DNA of 62,796 nucleotides from an uncultured Geobacter sp. (GTDB lineage Bacteria; Desulfobacterota; Desulfuromonadia; Geobacterales; Pseudopelobacteraceae), in contig CAZSTJ010000001.1 in NCBI GenBank assembly GCA_964609805.1, positions 1-62,796 on the forward strand, written 5' to 3'. Below are positions 25,925 through 35,567 of this stretch, piece by piece (the first letter of the stretch is position 1; each line of letters begins with the position of its first letter). The position numbers were made by a program, and so were the translations under genes. A model generated the notes under the pieces. It was not told the DNA's origin. It made no database searches and saw nothing but the letters and a program-made list of their open reading frames with translations.

Positions 25925-27142
25925 ATGGCACAGCAGAAGATCTATCTGGTCGGGGCCGGCATGGCGGGCTGGGAAGGGTTCAGTTCCAAGGCGCTGGAGA
26001 TCATCGGCAAGGCCGAGGTGCTGATCGGGCACCAGCGGCATCTCGACATCTTCCCCGATTTCGGGGGTGAAAAACAGGTGCTGGGCGAATTGGGCGCGCT
26101 GCTCGACTTCCTCCAACAGACCGAGAAACGGGTGGTCATCCTGGCGTCGGGCGACCCGACCTTCTTCGGCATCTCCCGCTTCCTGCTGCGCAACCTGTCC
26201 AAGGAGCGCATCGAGATCTTCACCAACGTCACCAGCATGCAGTATGCCTTTTCCCGGATCAAAGAGCCGTGGGACGACGCCATCTTCGTTTCGGTTCACG
26301 GCCGGGGGATGCATGCGGCGGTTGATAAGATCGTCGCTGCGGAAAAGGCCTGTGTCCTTACCGATAAGGTCAATACTCCGGCGGCCATCGCCCGGGAACT
26401 GATGGACAGGGGTGCTGAGGGGTACGAAGCGTGGCTCTGCGAGGACCTGGGGCTTCCGACAGAGAAGTTTACCCGCACGGATCTACGGGGACTTCTGGAT
26501 CTGAAGCCTTCGGAACTGAATATCCTTATCCTCATCAGGACCTATGAACCGAATCTGGTGCAGTATCCGCTGATCGGTATCGACGATGAGGAGTTCCAGA
26601 CGATTAAGAAGCTGATCACCAAGCAGGAGGTGCGGGCCGTTACCCTGGCCAAGCTCCAGCTTCAGGATGACCTGGTCATGTGGGATATCGGTGCCGGGAG
26701 CTGTTCCGTCTCCATCGAGGCCTCCAACCTGATGCCCAACGGCCGGATCTTCGCCCTGGAACGCAATCCCCAGTATGTGGCCTTCACCAATGAAAACCTG
26801 AAAAAGTTCTGTACCCGCAATGTGAAATTGATAGAGGCTTATGCCCCCGAGGGGCTGGAGGATCTGCCCGATCCGGACCGTGTCTTTATCGGCGGCGCCG
26901 GTGGACAGCTGGAAGAGATCATCGACGCCGTAGACAAGCGGCTGAAGGCCGATGGCATGATCGTGCTGAACGCCGTGACACTGGACACCTTGACCAAATC
27001 GGTGGAATACCTGGAGGATCACGGCTACACGGTGGAGGCGACCTGCGTCAATATCTCCAAAACCCGTCGTCTGACGGAGTTCAAGCTGTTCGAGGCCCAG
27101 AACCCGGTTTATATCATTGCCGCGTGGAAGGGCGGGGAATAG
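25925..27142 (+). CDS. cbiET: Precorrin-6Y C5,15-methyltransferase (decarboxylating), fused CbiE-CbiT
   Basis: 405 aa. The N-terminal half is a tetrapyrrole methylase ('IYLVGAGMAG'). The C-terminal half is a class I MTase ('MWDIGAGSCSVSIEA'). Confidence 0.85.
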   Translation: MAQQKIYLVGAGMAGWEGFSSKALEIIGKAEVLIGHQRHLDIFPDFGGEKQVLGELGALLDFLQQTEKRVVILASGDPTFFGISRFLLRNLSKERIEIFTNVTSMQYAFSRIKEPWDDAIFVSVHGRGMHAAVDKIVAAEKACVLTDKVNTPAAIARELMDRGAEGYEAWLCEDLGLPTEKFTRTDLRGLLDLKPSELNILILIRTYEPNLVQYPLIGIDDEEFQTIKKLITKQEVRAVTLAKLQLQDDLVMWDIGAGSCSVSIEASNLMPNGRIFALERNPQYVAFTNENLKKFCTRNVKLIEAYAPEGLEDLPDPDRVFIGGAGGQLEEIIDAVDKRLKADGMIVLNAVTLDTLTKSVEYLEDHGYTVEATCVNISKTRRLTEFKLFEAQNPVYIIAAWKGGE

Positions 27143-27855
27143 TGGCGACGGTCTATGCGGTCGGTGTTGGTCCAGGTGATCCTGAGCTGCTGACGAGGAA
27201 GGCTGAACGGATCCTGCGCCAGGTGCCGGTGGTTCTGGCCCCCATATCGAGGCCGGGGGAGCCGAGCGTGGCGCTGGAAACAGTTCGGGAATTCCTGGAT
27301 GAAGGGCGTCAGGAGATCATCCTGCAGCAGTTTCCCATGACCTCTGACCGTTCCCGTCTGATCCCTGCCTGGCAGGAGGCCGCGGCGGTCCTGGCGGAGC
27401 GGGCGGCGGCCGGCAAGGATGTCGCCTTCATCACCATCGGTGACCCGTTGCTCTACTCTACCTTCATCTATCTGCTGCGTATGTTTCGTGAGATCTGCCC
27501 CGAGGCTGCCGTCGAGATCGTCCCCGGCATATCCAGTATCAATACCGCGGCGGCTGCAGCTGATGTGCCGCTGGCCGAGGCGGATGAGCGGATTGCCATC
27601 ATTCCCGCCACCGTCGGCATTGAAAAGATCGCCCGGGCGTTGGAGTCCTACGAGACGGTGGTGCTGCTGAAGGTGAAGCCGGTGTTCGCAGAACTGCTGG
27701 ATCTGCTGGGGCAGGCGGGTAAGGAGTGGAGTTGTGTCTTTGTGGAGCGGGTCGGCAGCTCCCGGCAGGTGGTGCTGAAGGACCTGGCTGATATGGCGGC
27801 CCATACCCCCGATTATCTTTCCCTGATGATCGTCCGCACGGGTTCCGGAACCTGA
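27124..27855 (+). CDS. cbiL: Precorrin-2/cobalt-factor-II C20-methyltransferase
   Basis: 'VYAVGVGPGDPELLT', 'ITIGDPLLYSTF'. The start is GTG 27124 or GTG 27142; the latter overlaps the cbiET stop. Confidence 0.85.
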   Translation: MEGRGIVATVYAVGVGPGDPELLTRKAERILRQVPVVLAPISRPGEPSVALETVREFLDEGRQEIILQQFPMTSDRSRLIPAWQEAAAVLAERAAAGKDVAFITIGDPLLYSTFIYLLRMFREICPEAAVEIVPGISSINTAAAAADVPLAEADERIAIIPATVGIEKIARALESYETVVLLKVKPVFAELLDLLGQAGKEWSCVFVERVGSSRQVVLKDLADMAAHTPDYLSLMIVRTGSGT

Positions 27856-27859
27856 CCCC

Positions 27860-28189
27860 GTGTTTCTCGCCAAACTGGCACTTTCCAACCTGATCATCAT
27901 CACCTGTGTGCTGATAGGGAAGCGTTTTCCCACCTTGGGCGGACTCCTGGCAACCATGCCGCTGACCAGCTTGATTGTACTGATCTGGCTGGCGTCCGAC
28001 AGACCGGGCGACTCTGTCTTTCTGAAGGAGTATACCCGGGGCGTGCTCTGGGGGATCCTGCCGACAATCGCCTTTTTTTTCGTGACGTATCTCTGTCTTC
28101 GAAAAGGGATCGGGCTGCCGCTTGCCCTGCTGTTTGGGGGCGCCGTCTGGTTGGGCGGTGCGGTGCTGCACCAACAGCTGCTGCGATAA
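27860..28189 (+). CDS. Small integral membrane protein (DUF3147-like)
   Basis: 109 aa with four predicted TM helices and a GTG start. Confidence 0.45.
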   Translation: MFLAKLALSNLIIITCVLIGKRFPTLGGLLATMPLTSLIVLIWLASDRPGDSVFLKEYTRGVLWGILPTIAFFFVTYLCLRKGIGLPLALLFGGAVWLGGAVLHQQLLR

Positions 28190-28200
28190 CCTGAAACGCA

Positions 28201-28232
28201 ACGGCCCTTTCGGAAGTTACCGAAAGGGCCGT
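28201..28232. terminator. Hairpin between convergent genes (possible bidirectional terminator)
   Basis: ACGGCCCTTTCGG-AAGTTA-CCGAAAGGGCCGT. The flanking U-tracts are weak. Confidence 0.45.
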
Positions 28233-28258
28233 TGTGCATTCTGTGGTGATAAGACGGA

Positions 28259-28666
28259 TCAGGTGGACTCCGTTCGAATCTCAAATTCGGGCGGGTTCAT
28301 GATCGCCTTTTTGACGGCACAGAGCTCGGCCGCCTTAACGACTGCGTTGCGATACTTCTCTGGGAAGCCCGCCGGCAGATGGATGACCAGTGAGATCTTG
28401 CTCAGGCTCCGCCGACCGTCACCATCAGTGGTGAACTCGGCCTTCTGGGTCAGGCTGAGGGCTTCAGTCGGTATACCCCGGTGGGAACAGAACTCTTCCA
28501 CATAGACACCGGCACAGGTGCCGATGGCGGCCAGAAATATCAGATACGGGGAAGGTGCATTCCCCTCGCCCCCGGCATCGGTCGGCTGGTCCGTTTCAAC
28601 CGTCTGACCGTCGGGCAGATGGGCGCTGACCTTCTTTCTTCCGTCGAGAGTGATTCTGATTTCCAC
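28259..28666 (-). CDS. OsmC/Ohr-family peroxiredoxin-like protein
   Basis: 135 aa. 'PSPYLIFLAAIGTCAGV' and 'AAELCAVKKAI' are the two conserved Cys motifs. Confidence 0.8.
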   Translation of the reverse strand: MEIRITLDGRKKVSAHLPDGQTVETDQPTDAGGEGNAPSPYLIFLAAIGTCAGVYVEEFCSHRGIPTEALSLTQKAEFTTDGDGRRSLSKISLVIHLPAGFPEKYRNAVVKAAELCAVKKAIMNPPEFEIRTEST

Positions 28667-28678
28667 GGTTTCTTCTCC

Positions 28679-29698
28679 TTACAGGGTGCTCCCCTTGGCG
28701 GGAACGATTTCATCCGCCGGCGGCGCGGCAGATTTGTCGAGCACCGGAACCCGCGTTACCGCAGGAGGCTGCACGACCTGCGGGGCCGGTGCCTGGACGG
28801 CAGGAGCCGGCGCTACTGTCGCCGGTGCGACATTCTTTGCCTCGGGAAACTTGGTCGGCTGGCTGCTGCGCGGCGGCTCAACAACCGGCACCGCGGATTT
28901 TTTCTCAGAGTCGTGGTCATAGGCGAGAAGTGACAGCATGGCGTCGAACTGTTTACCGTAGATCTCAGGCTCCTGGGTCTCGCGCAGCAGCCAGTCCTTG
29001 CGTTTCTGCTCCAGCGCCCGTCTGATCCCTTCGATGGTCTTGAATTTCACATTGGCGTTGGTGGTCAGGTTGGCCTCGGCCTCGTTGAAATCCGGATATT
29101 CCAGGTTCAGCAACGGGTCATAACCGGGGAATTTCTGACGGAAATTCGGATATTCCCAGAGAACGGAGCCGTTGACATCGACAATCTGGGCCGACATGAC
29201 CAGATAGTTGTAGTCGCTGGAAAGGGATTTGAACTGGGTATAGGCGGTCACTTTCTCGTTTTTCGTCAGCCCGCTCACGACGAGCAGCATGACGGCATCG
29301 AGGTTGTTTTTCTGCAGATAGCTCTTCAGCTCGTCATTCTTCCAGAAGTACTTGTTGTAGACAACGGCAGCGTCATCGCGCCGCTCGCGGCGTGAGTAGA
29401 GCCTGGAGAAGATGTCCTGTGGTTCGCCGTCGATGAGGGCGATCGTGTAGAAGTTGCCGGTCGTCTTTAATTTACGGACGAACTGCTGCTCGTACTTTCG
29501 GTTCAGTTCGGCAAGGAGCGGGATCAGCTGGTCCTTCTGGGGATGCCTGATGTCGGATGTGGTGTCGACGATGATGGGGGCGACCCCGAGGGCCCGCACG
29601 CTGTTGGCAAAGGTCTCGGTCGGAACGTTGAAGTGGTTCTGGGAACAGCCCGTTACAAGGGCGGTGATGGTTAAACAGAATAAGAGCACTCTTTTCAT
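28679..29698 (-). CDS. Lipoprotein of unknown function with a Pro/Ala-rich C-terminal tail
   Basis: Lipobox 'LVTGC' after the signal peptide. Strong SD AGGAGG. The C-terminal 80 aa are P/A/V-rich. Confidence 0.6.
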   Translation of the reverse strand: MKRVLLFCLTITALVTGCSQNHFNVPTETFANSVRALGVAPIIVDTTSDIRHPQKDQLIPLLAELNRKYEQQFVRKLKTTGNFYTIALIDGEPQDIFSRLYSRRERRDDAAVVYNKYFWKNDELKSYLQKNNLDAVMLLVVSGLTKNEKVTAYTQFKSLSSDYNYLVMSAQIVDVNGSVLWEYPNFRQKFPGYDPLLNLEYPDFNEAEANLTTNANVKFKTIEGIRRALEQKRKDWLLRETQEPEIYGKQFDAMLSLLAYDHDSEKKSAVPVVEPPRSSQPTKFPEAKNVAPATVAPAPAVQAPAPQVVQPPAVTRVPVLDKSAAPPADEIVPAKGSTL

Positions 29699-29861
29699 GG
29701 AACCTCCTGGCAGATGACATCCCCTGCCTTGATTGTCGTTTTCCGATTTATAGCAGATGCAGCCCCTGTTTTCCAGATAAATTGAGGAGTGACGGTATCT
29801 TGCGGCGGGCAGAATTTATTGACAAATGAGGTGTTCTTTCGTATCCTGACGCCCATAAACC

Positions 29862-29962
29862 TGCTTATCGAGAGTGGTGGAGGGAAAGGCCCTGCGAAAC
29901 CACAGCAACCGGCCAATCAAGGCGACAGGTGCTAATTCCTGCCGAAAGGCAAAGATGAGAGG
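29862..29962 (+). promoter_or_regulatory. SAM-I (S-box) riboswitch
   Basis: CTTATCGAGAGTGGTGGAGGGAAAGGCCCTGCGAAACCACAGCAACCGG...AGGTGCTAATTCCTGCC..AAAGATGAGAG matches the S-box consensus (cTTATCaAGAG.GG.GGAGGGA..GGCCC..GAA.CC.GCAACC...GGTGCtAAttCC...AGATGAG). Confidence 0.85.
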
Positions 29963-29984
29963 TGTGCTGTGACCGTCGTTTCAG

Positions 29985-30015
29985 CCCCTTCTCTGTTTGT
30001 GCGAAGGGGTTTTTT
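29985..30015 (+). terminator. Terminator of the SAM-I expression platform
   Basis: CCCCTTC-N11-GAAGGGG followed by TTTTTT, immediately before the metX ATG. Confidence 0.7.
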
Positions 30016-30016
30016 C

Positions 30017-31129
30017 ATGTCAGTCGGCATTGTCAGCGAACAATCCATTACCTTTGATTCCGGTATCCGCCTGGATAGCGGCCGCATTCTCGCCCCGATT
30101 ACCCTCGTCTACGAAACCTACGGCACCCTCAATGCCGATGCCTCCAATGCCATCCTGGTGGAGCATGCCTGGACCGGGAATGCCCATCTGGCAGGTAAAC
30201 TGAACTCCGATGACCCCAAGCCGGGGTGGTGGGATGCCATCGTCGGCCCCGGCAGGCTGCTGGATACGGACCGCTACTTCGTCATCTGTTCCAACGTCAT
30301 CGGTTCCTGTTACGGTTCCACCGGGCCGGCCTCGATCAATCCAAAGACCGGAAAGCGCTATAACCTGAATTTCCCGGTGATCACGGTTAGAGATATGGTT
30401 CGGGCCCAGAAGCTGCTGATAGATGCCCTGGGAATCAAGCGTCTTCTCTGTGTCATGGGGGGGAGCATGGGGGGGATGCAGTCACTGGAGTGGGCCACCC
30501 AGTACCCCGATGCCATCGCCTCCGCGATCATCCTGGCCGCCACGCCGCGCCCCTCGCCCCAGGCGATTGCGCTCAATGCCGTTGCCCGCTGGGCGATCTT
30601 CAACGATCCGACCTGGCGCAAGGGGGAATACAAGCACAATCCCAAGGACGGACTGGCGCTGGCCCGCGGTATCGGTCACATCACCTTTCTGTCCGACGAA
30701 TCCATGAACGCCAAGTTCGGCCGGCGTTTCTCCGCCAAGGATGGTCAGTTCGATTTTTTCGGGCAGTTCGAGGTGGAGCGCTACCTGAACTATAATGGCT
30801 ACAGTTTTGTGGACCGCTTCGATGCCAACTCATTCCTCTATCTGGCCAAATCTCTGGATCTGTACGATGTGGCCTGGGGATGCGAATCAATGACTGAGGC
30901 CTTTGAGCCGGTCACGGCGCCGCTGCAGTTCTTCGCCTTCAGTTCCGATTGGCTCTACCCCCCCTACCAGACGGAGGAGATGGTGAACTGTCTGCGGGAG
31001 CAGGGGAAACAGGTTGAGTACCACATGATCGAGTCGGCCTACGGACACGACGCCTTCCTACTGGAACATGAGACCTTTGCACCGCTCGTTCGAAGATTGC
31101 TGGAAAGTCTGCCCGTAGAGGGGCTATGA
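30017..31129 (+). CDS. metX: Homoserine O-acetyltransferase
   Basis: ATG 30017 ([10 protein letters not shown]). '[12 protein letters not shown]', nucleophile elbow 'GGSMGGMQ'. The ORF-track start 29969 lies inside the terminator. Confidence 0.9.
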   Translation: MSVGIVSEQSITFDSGIRLDSGRILAPITLVYETYGTLNADASNAILVEHAWTGNAHLAGKLNSDDPKPGWWDAIVGPGRLLDTDRYFVICSNVIGSCYGSTGPASINPKTGKRYNLNFPVITVRDMVRAQKLLIDALGIKRLLCVMGGSMGGMQSLEWATQYPDAIASAIILAATPRPSPQAIALNAVARWAIFNDPTWRKGEYKHNPKDGLALARGIGHITFLSDESMNAKFGRRFSAKDGQFDFFGQFEVERYLNYNGYSFVDRFDANSFLYLAKSLDLYDVAWGCESMTEAFEPVTAPLQFFAFSSDWLYPPYQTEEMVNCLREQGKQVEYHMIESAYGHDAFLLEHETFAPLVRRLLESLPVEGL

Positions 31130-31932
31130 CCACATCACTGGATAAATTCAGGCAGCACCCGCTCTGCAGCAGACTGCGTCACCAGATGGGAAAAGCCATT
31201 GCGGATTTCAGTATGATTCGTGAGGGGGATCGGATAGCGGTCGGTCTTTCAGGAGGCAAGGATTCATACTGTCTGATGCTGTTGCTGGGGGAACTGCAGC
31301 GGCGGGCTCCTGTACGCTTTGAACTGACGGCACTCACGGTGGATGCCGGTTATCCTGGATTTAATGGTGCGGCCATCTCCCTCTTTTGCCGGGAAAACGG
31401 ATTTGGTCACCAACTGCTCTCAACGACTCATTACGATATCATCCAGGAAAAGCTGCGTCCGGGTTCTTCGTTCTGTTCGCTTTGTGCTCGGCTCAAGCGA
31501 GGCACGTTATACGGTGCCATACGCGAGATGGGCTACAGTAAGCTCGCCCTTGGGCACCACCGGGATGACTTTATCGAGACCCTGCTGCTTAATCAGTTTT
31601 TTGTCGGTTCTATCAAGGCCATGTCGCCATGCATGCTTGCCGATAGTGGCGATGTCACCGTTATCCGGCCATTGGTGTATGTTGCCGAAGATGATACCAG
31701 TGCCCTCGCTGCGGACATTGGTTTGCCGGTGGTTTCCTGTTCCTGCCCGGTGGCGGACTCGCCCGATCTGCAGCGTCAGCGGATGAAGTCGCTGCTGACA
31801 AGCCTGGAAGGTGATATTCCGCATATAAAGAACAGTCTGCTCAAATCCCTTTCAAACGTGCATCCCCGCCATCTTCTTGACCGGCGGCTTCAGGCTGCGA
31901 CTACGACTCTGAACGCCACCGACGAAATCTGA
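31126..31932 (+). CDS. TtcA-family PP-loop ATPase (tRNA 2-thiocytidine biosynthesis-like)
   Basis: PP-loop 'VGLSGGKDS', '[10 protein letters not shown]', 'LGHHRDD'. The ATG overlaps the metX stop. Confidence 0.75.
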   Translation: MTTSLDKFRQHPLCSRLRHQMGKAIADFSMIREGDRIAVGLSGGKDSYCLMLLLGELQRRAPVRFELTALTVDAGYPGFNGAAISLFCRENGFGHQLLSTTHYDIIQEKLRPGSSFCSLCARLKRGTLYGAIREMGYSKLALGHHRDDFIETLLLNQFFVGSIKAMSPCMLADSGDVTVIRPLVYVAEDDTSALAADIGLPVVSCSCPVADSPDLQRQRMKSLLTSLEGDIPHIKNSLLKSLSNVHPRHLLDRRLQAATTTLNATDEI

Positions 31933-32037
31933 TAGTCGCTGCTGCGGCCTGAATCCCAGATCGCGGCAGAGATCCCCCAGCGCGACATACCCTCCGTAGA
32001 CGACGATAATCAATCCCAGTAATACGATCGGTTCCAT
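31852..32037 (-). CDS. Possible 61-aa single-TM small protein
   Basis: AAGGAGG lies 7 nt before ATG 32037. The N-terminal helix is PIVLLGLIIVVYGGYVAL. However, its 3' 81 nt overlap the convergent ttcA-like gene. Confidence 0.25.
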   Translation of the reverse strand: MEPIVLLGLIIVVYGGYVALGDLCRDLGFRPQQRLSDFVGGVQSRSRSLKPPVKKMAGMHV

Positions 32038-32146
32038 GCGCAAGCCTCCTTGATTCTTTTCAGGAAGCTTACATCATTGACATGACAGAATGTGTCACTT
32101 TGTTGTGTGAGCAGTTAAGTGTTTTTTCCGAGAGGGTGCAACGGGG

Positions 32147-33238
32147 TCAGAGTATGGCATCGATGGCTTCAAAGTCGATGAAGTGCTCTGCCATGGAGTT
32201 GATCAGCTCGATCTTTTCATGGTCTTCGGGACCAATCTTGGAGACATGTTCCCGCAACAGGCCATACACATCCGACGTGGTCTCTTCGATGCGGATGTAA
32301 GGGATGCGGCTGTCTTCAAGGATCTGCTTGGTGATGTTGGACATGGGGGCGTGGCCACAGATAATCAGCCCGGTGAGGCGTTTCTTGAAGTCGGGGATGT
32401 GGTGGAGCGATGAGGCCGTTACGATCAGCTCATCACGTGAGCTGGTTACAATCAGCAGGGTTGAGTCTTTCAGGTAGTCGATGACCCGCTGGGAGGATGC
32501 CGCGCCGAGCTGGATGTTGTGGCAGATACGGCTCCGCTCTCGAGGCTCTCCCATGAGCGGCAGGTTCAGCAGTTCAGCCACATGCTGCAGTGTCGGGTGG
32601 GCCAGGATCGGTGAATAATCGAATGCGCTGGTTACCAGAAAATTCTTGTCCAAAAAGGCTTTGCGCAGGTAGGAGAGTGACCGTTCCCGTTTCTCGGACA
32701 CCAGTTTGTTGACCATGATGATCCGTACATCGGCACCGGCTTCCTTGTACAGGGCCAGGTTGAGTTCAACGGCATCGATGACGCTGCCGATGCCGCCTCC
32801 GGTGACCATCAGGACCGGTGCGCCGGTGAGGGCTGCCGTGGAGGCGTTGTTCATGCCGACGACCGAGCCGACGCCGCCGTGACCGGCCCCTTCGATGATG
32901 AGAAAGTCGTTCTTCTTTTCAAGGTCGGTAATGGCCTTGACGATGGCTTCACGGGGATAATCGCGGGAAATCTCTCCGTCCAGGAAGCGGCGGGTCAGCC
33001 CGGGGGTGAGCGTCATGGGGGACATGAGGTGTGCATCGGCGTCCAGGCCATAGACCCCGGCAATCATGGCTGCGTCCATGTCCATGGTCATCCCCTTGTA
33101 GGCGATGCACTTCGGGCCGATGGGTTTAATGAAGCCGACACGGGGGTATTTCTGGCTGGCCAGATGCATCAGCGACAGACTGATGGTCGTTTTGCCGCAA
33201 TGTTGACCGGTGGCTCCGATGAAGATCTTTTTACACAC
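32147..33238 (-). CDS. BioD/CobQ-like P-loop plus DRTGG domain protein (phosphotransacetylase N-terminal-like)
   Basis: GTG 33238 follows SD GAAGGGG. 'IFIGATGQHCGKTT', 'IIEGAGHGGVGS'. A DRTGG-type C-terminal region follows. The longer ORF-track start overlaps the pilZ gene. Confidence 0.6.
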   Translation of the reverse strand: MCKKIFIGATGQHCGKTTISLSLMHLASQKYPRVGFIKPIGPKCIAYKGMTMDMDAAMIAGVYGLDADAHLMSPMTLTPGLTRRFLDGEISRDYPREAIVKAITDLEKKNDFLIIEGAGHGGVGSVVGMNNASTAALTGAPVLMVTGGGIGSVIDAVELNLALYKEAGADVRIIMVNKLVSEKRERSLSYLRKAFLDKNFLVTSAFDYSPILAHPTLQHVAELLNLPLMGEPRERSRICHNIQLGAASSQRVIDYLKDSTLLIVTSSRDELIVTASSLHHIPDFKKRLTGLIICGHAPMSNITKQILEDSRIPYIRIEETTSDVYGLLREHVSKIGPEDHEKIELINSMAEHFIDFEAIDAIL

Positions 33239-33267
33239 GGGATTATGCCCCTTCGGGGATGGCGGTT

Positions 33268-33594
33268 TTACTGCAGGTAGCCATCCAGGTGGTCCTGTCC
33301 GGAGACAAAGCGGATAAAACGAATGCCCATACCGCTCTTCTTTACCAGGTGGAAGAGGTTCTGGGGCACCTTCTTTGCCCACATGACCCGCGCTTCCAGC
33401 TCTACGTTGTTTTTGCCGAGCTCCAGGATGACCCTGATCCTGGTGTTGGGAGGACAGATGTTGGGGGTCTTGATGAACATGCCTGTCAGGGAGATGTCCT
33501 CAGTGAAGGCGACCCGGTTCGTGTCATCAATGCCGAAGCGGACGGTCAGCCGCTTTTTGTGGCGGATAATATCGCGTTTATCATTTCCTGCCAT
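33268..33594 (-). CDS. PilZ-domain (c-di-GMP binding) protein
   Basis: 108 aa from MAGNDKRD. 'RHKKR' plus 'DISLTGMFI' correspond to the RxxxR ... D/NxSxxG PilZ motifs. Confidence 0.75.
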   Translation of the reverse strand: MAGNDKRDIIRHKKRLTVRFGIDDTNRVAFTEDISLTGMFIKTPNICPPNTRIRVILELGKNNVELEARVMWAKKVPQNLFHLVKKSGMGIRFIRFVSGQDHLDGYLQ

Positions 33595-33773
33595 CCGATC
33601 TGCTCCCGGTGCCTGAAAGTGGCGATGAATGTTTAATGAAACCGTATTTCCGTGAATATATATCAGAAATCGAGATAAATGGTAGCCGTTTTGATGAAAT
33701 ATTTCATTTTGACGGCACGCTGCCACGGATAAATTGAATTGACAGTGGACCGTCAATATTCTAGTTTATCGAA

Positions 33774-33856
33774 AACGCTGGGGGAGTTTCGACTGAGAGC
33801 GGCTGAGGGCCGCGACCCTTCGTACCTGATCCGGGTAATGCCGGCGTAGGGAAGCG
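33774..33856 (+). promoter_or_regulatory. TPP (THI-box) riboswitch
   Basis: CGCTGGGGGAG..CTGAGAGCGG..ACCCTTCGTACCTGATCCGGGTAATGCCGGCGTAGGGAAGCG matches the THI element consensus (CTGAGA ... ACCCTT.GAACCTGATC.GGTAATACC.GCGTAGGGA). Confidence 0.85.
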
Positions 33857-33874
33857 CAAAAGTCCAGGACTTGA

Positions 33875-33896
33875 CAAGCCGCTTCTGCGGCTTTTT
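33875..33896 (+). terminator. Terminator of the TPP riboswitch expression platform
   Basis: AAGCCGC-TTCT-GCGGCTT followed by TTTT, 18 nt before the thiS ATG. Confidence 0.6.
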
Positions 33897-33913
33897 TCAT
33901 TTCGGGGTATACC

Positions 33914-34114
33914 ATGAACATCCTGCTGAACGGTGAACAGAAAGAAATAACGAATGTCCGGACGGTCGCCGACCTGCTGGATTCCCTCGGGATCGGCCGT
34001 GAACGGGTGGCGGTGGAGATCAATCTTGACATTGTGCCCCGCGCACGGCACGCCGAGCATGCCATCAATGATGGCGACCGCATAGAGATCGTACAATTCG
34101 TCGGAGGAGGATAG
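33914..34114 (+). CDS. thiS: Thiamine biosynthesis sulfur-carrier protein ThiS
   Basis: 66 aa with a C-terminal GG and 'INGE'-like N-terminus (LLNGEQKE). Confidence 0.85.
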   Translation: MNILLNGEQKEITNVRTVADLLDSLGIGRERVAVEINLDIVPRARHAEHAINDGDRIEIVQFVGGG

Positions 34115-34118
34115 CCCC

Positions 34119-34898
34119 ATGACCCAGAACAACGACAAACTCGTCATTGCCGGCCGGGAGTTCAACTCGCGCCTGATGGTCGGTACCGGAAAGTATGCCA
34201 GCTTTCAGCAGACCGCCGAAGCGCTGGAGGCGTCGGGGGCTGAGATCATTACCGTTGCCGTGCGGCGGGTCAATCTGGACCGGAGCAAGGAGTCGCTGCT
34301 GGATTACATCGACCCGAAGAAATACACCCTGCTCCCCAATACGGCGGGGTGCTACTCGGCTGACGATGCCATCCGCACCTGTCGCCTGGCCCGCGAGGCC
34401 GGGATGTCCGATTTCGTCAAGCTGGAGGTGCTGGGTGATGAAAAGACCCTCTTCCCGGACAATGAGGAGCTGCTGAAGGCTGCCAAGGTGCTGGTGGCGG
34501 AGGGATTCACCGTACTTCCCTACTGCAGCGATGACGTGATCCTCTGCAAGAAACTGGAGGACCTGGGATGTGCAGCGGTCATGCCGCTGGGGGCTCCCAT
34601 CGGCAGCGGCCTCGGTATCCGTAATCCCTATAACATCCGCATCATACAGGAGAACGTCAGCGTGCCGGTCATCGTGGACGCGGGGGTCGGGTCGGCCGCC
34701 GATGCCGCCATCGCCATGGAGTTGGGGTGTGACGGCGTCCTGATGAACACGGCAATCGCCGGGGCCCAGGATCCGATCGCCATGGCACGGGCCATGAAGC
34801 TGGCCGTAGAGGCGGGGCGTCTCTCCTATAAGGCCGGCCGCATCCCGCGCAAACTGTACGCCAATGCCTCCAGCCCGCTGGACGGCATGTTCCTGTAG
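34119..34898 (+). CDS. thiG: Thiazole synthase
   Basis: 'LMVGTGKY', 'VKLEVLGD', '[12 protein letters not shown]', 'GVLMNTAIA'. Confidence 0.95.
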   Translation: MTQNNDKLVIAGREFNSRLMVGTGKYASFQQTAEALEASGAEIITVAVRRVNLDRSKESLLDYIDPKKYTLLPNTAGCYSADDAIRTCRLAREAGMSDFVKLEVLGDEKTLFPDNEELLKAAKVLVAEGFTVLPYCSDDVILCKKLEDLGCAAVMPLGAPIGSGLGIRNPYNIRIIQENVSVPVIVDAGVGSAADAAIAMELGCDGVLMNTAIAGAQDPIAMARAMKLAVEAGRLSYKAGRIPRKLYANASSPLDGMFL

Positions 34899-34919
34899 CA
34901 TGCTCTTGTCCAGGAGCTC

Positions 34920-35567
34920 ATGAGGATAATGGTTGATTTTACTCTATACCTGATAACGGACCGGCACCAGACGGCAGGGAGGCAACTCCCTGCCGTTGTC
35001 GCTGATGCATTGGCGGGAGGGGTGACCGCTGTCCAGCTGCGGGAGAAGGATCTGCCGGCACGGCAGCTGCTGGAGCTGGCCCGGGAACTGCGCGACCTTA
35101 CCCGCCGGCACGGTGCCCGACTGCTCATCAATGAACGCATCGACGTGGCCCTGGCGGTGGATGCCGATGGTGTGCACCTTGGCGCGGCGAGTATCCCTGT
35201 GGCAGTTGCCCGCAGGCTTCTGGGATGCGAAAAACTGATCGGATATTCCGCCCACGGGGTGTCCGAGGCACTGGCGGCGCAAAATGATGGTGCCGACTTT
35301 GTCACCTTCGGGCCGGTGTACCATACCCCATCAAAGGCCCCCTACGGCGCTCCGCTGGGGGTGGAGCACCTCGCTGAAGCGGCTGCCGCCCTTGCTGTCC
35401 CGGTGTTCGCCCTGGGCGGGGTGGCTGTGCACACGGTCCCGGAAATCATCCGTGCCGGCGCATCCGGCATCGCCCTTATCTCTGCGATAATTTCATCGCC
35501 TGATCCCGAGTCGTCCAGCCGGACCATTCTCGAGACGCTACGGAACCATGCCGAACCTGCCCGCTGA
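34920..35567 (+). CDS. thiE: Thiamine-phosphate synthase
   Basis: 'LYLITDR', 'VQLREKD', 'DGVHLG', 'DFVTFGPVY.T.SK'. Confidence 0.85.
   Translation: MRIMVDFTLYLITDRHQTAGRQLPAVVADALAGGVTAVQLREKDLPARQLLELARELRDLTRRHGARLLINERIDVALAVDADGVHLGAASIPVAVARRLLGCEKLIGYSAHGVSEALAAQNDGADFVTFGPVYHTPSKAPYGAPLGVEHLAEAAAALAVPVFALGGVAVHTVPEIIRAGASGIALISAIISSPDPESSSRTILETLRNHAEPAR

Noticed and set aside
29969-30016. N-terminal extensions offered by the ORF track. These are metX from 29969, modC from 6556, nifX from 17102, the GxxExxY gene from 51844, the secreted protein from 54829, the DRTGG protein to 33382, PilZ to 33756, the isochorismatase to 2691 and the small secreted protein to 25560.
   Set aside because: The extensions run through riboswitch terminators, promoters, repeat arms or the preceding gene. 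Internal ATG/GTG codons with proper SD sequences and family-typical N-termini were chosen instead.
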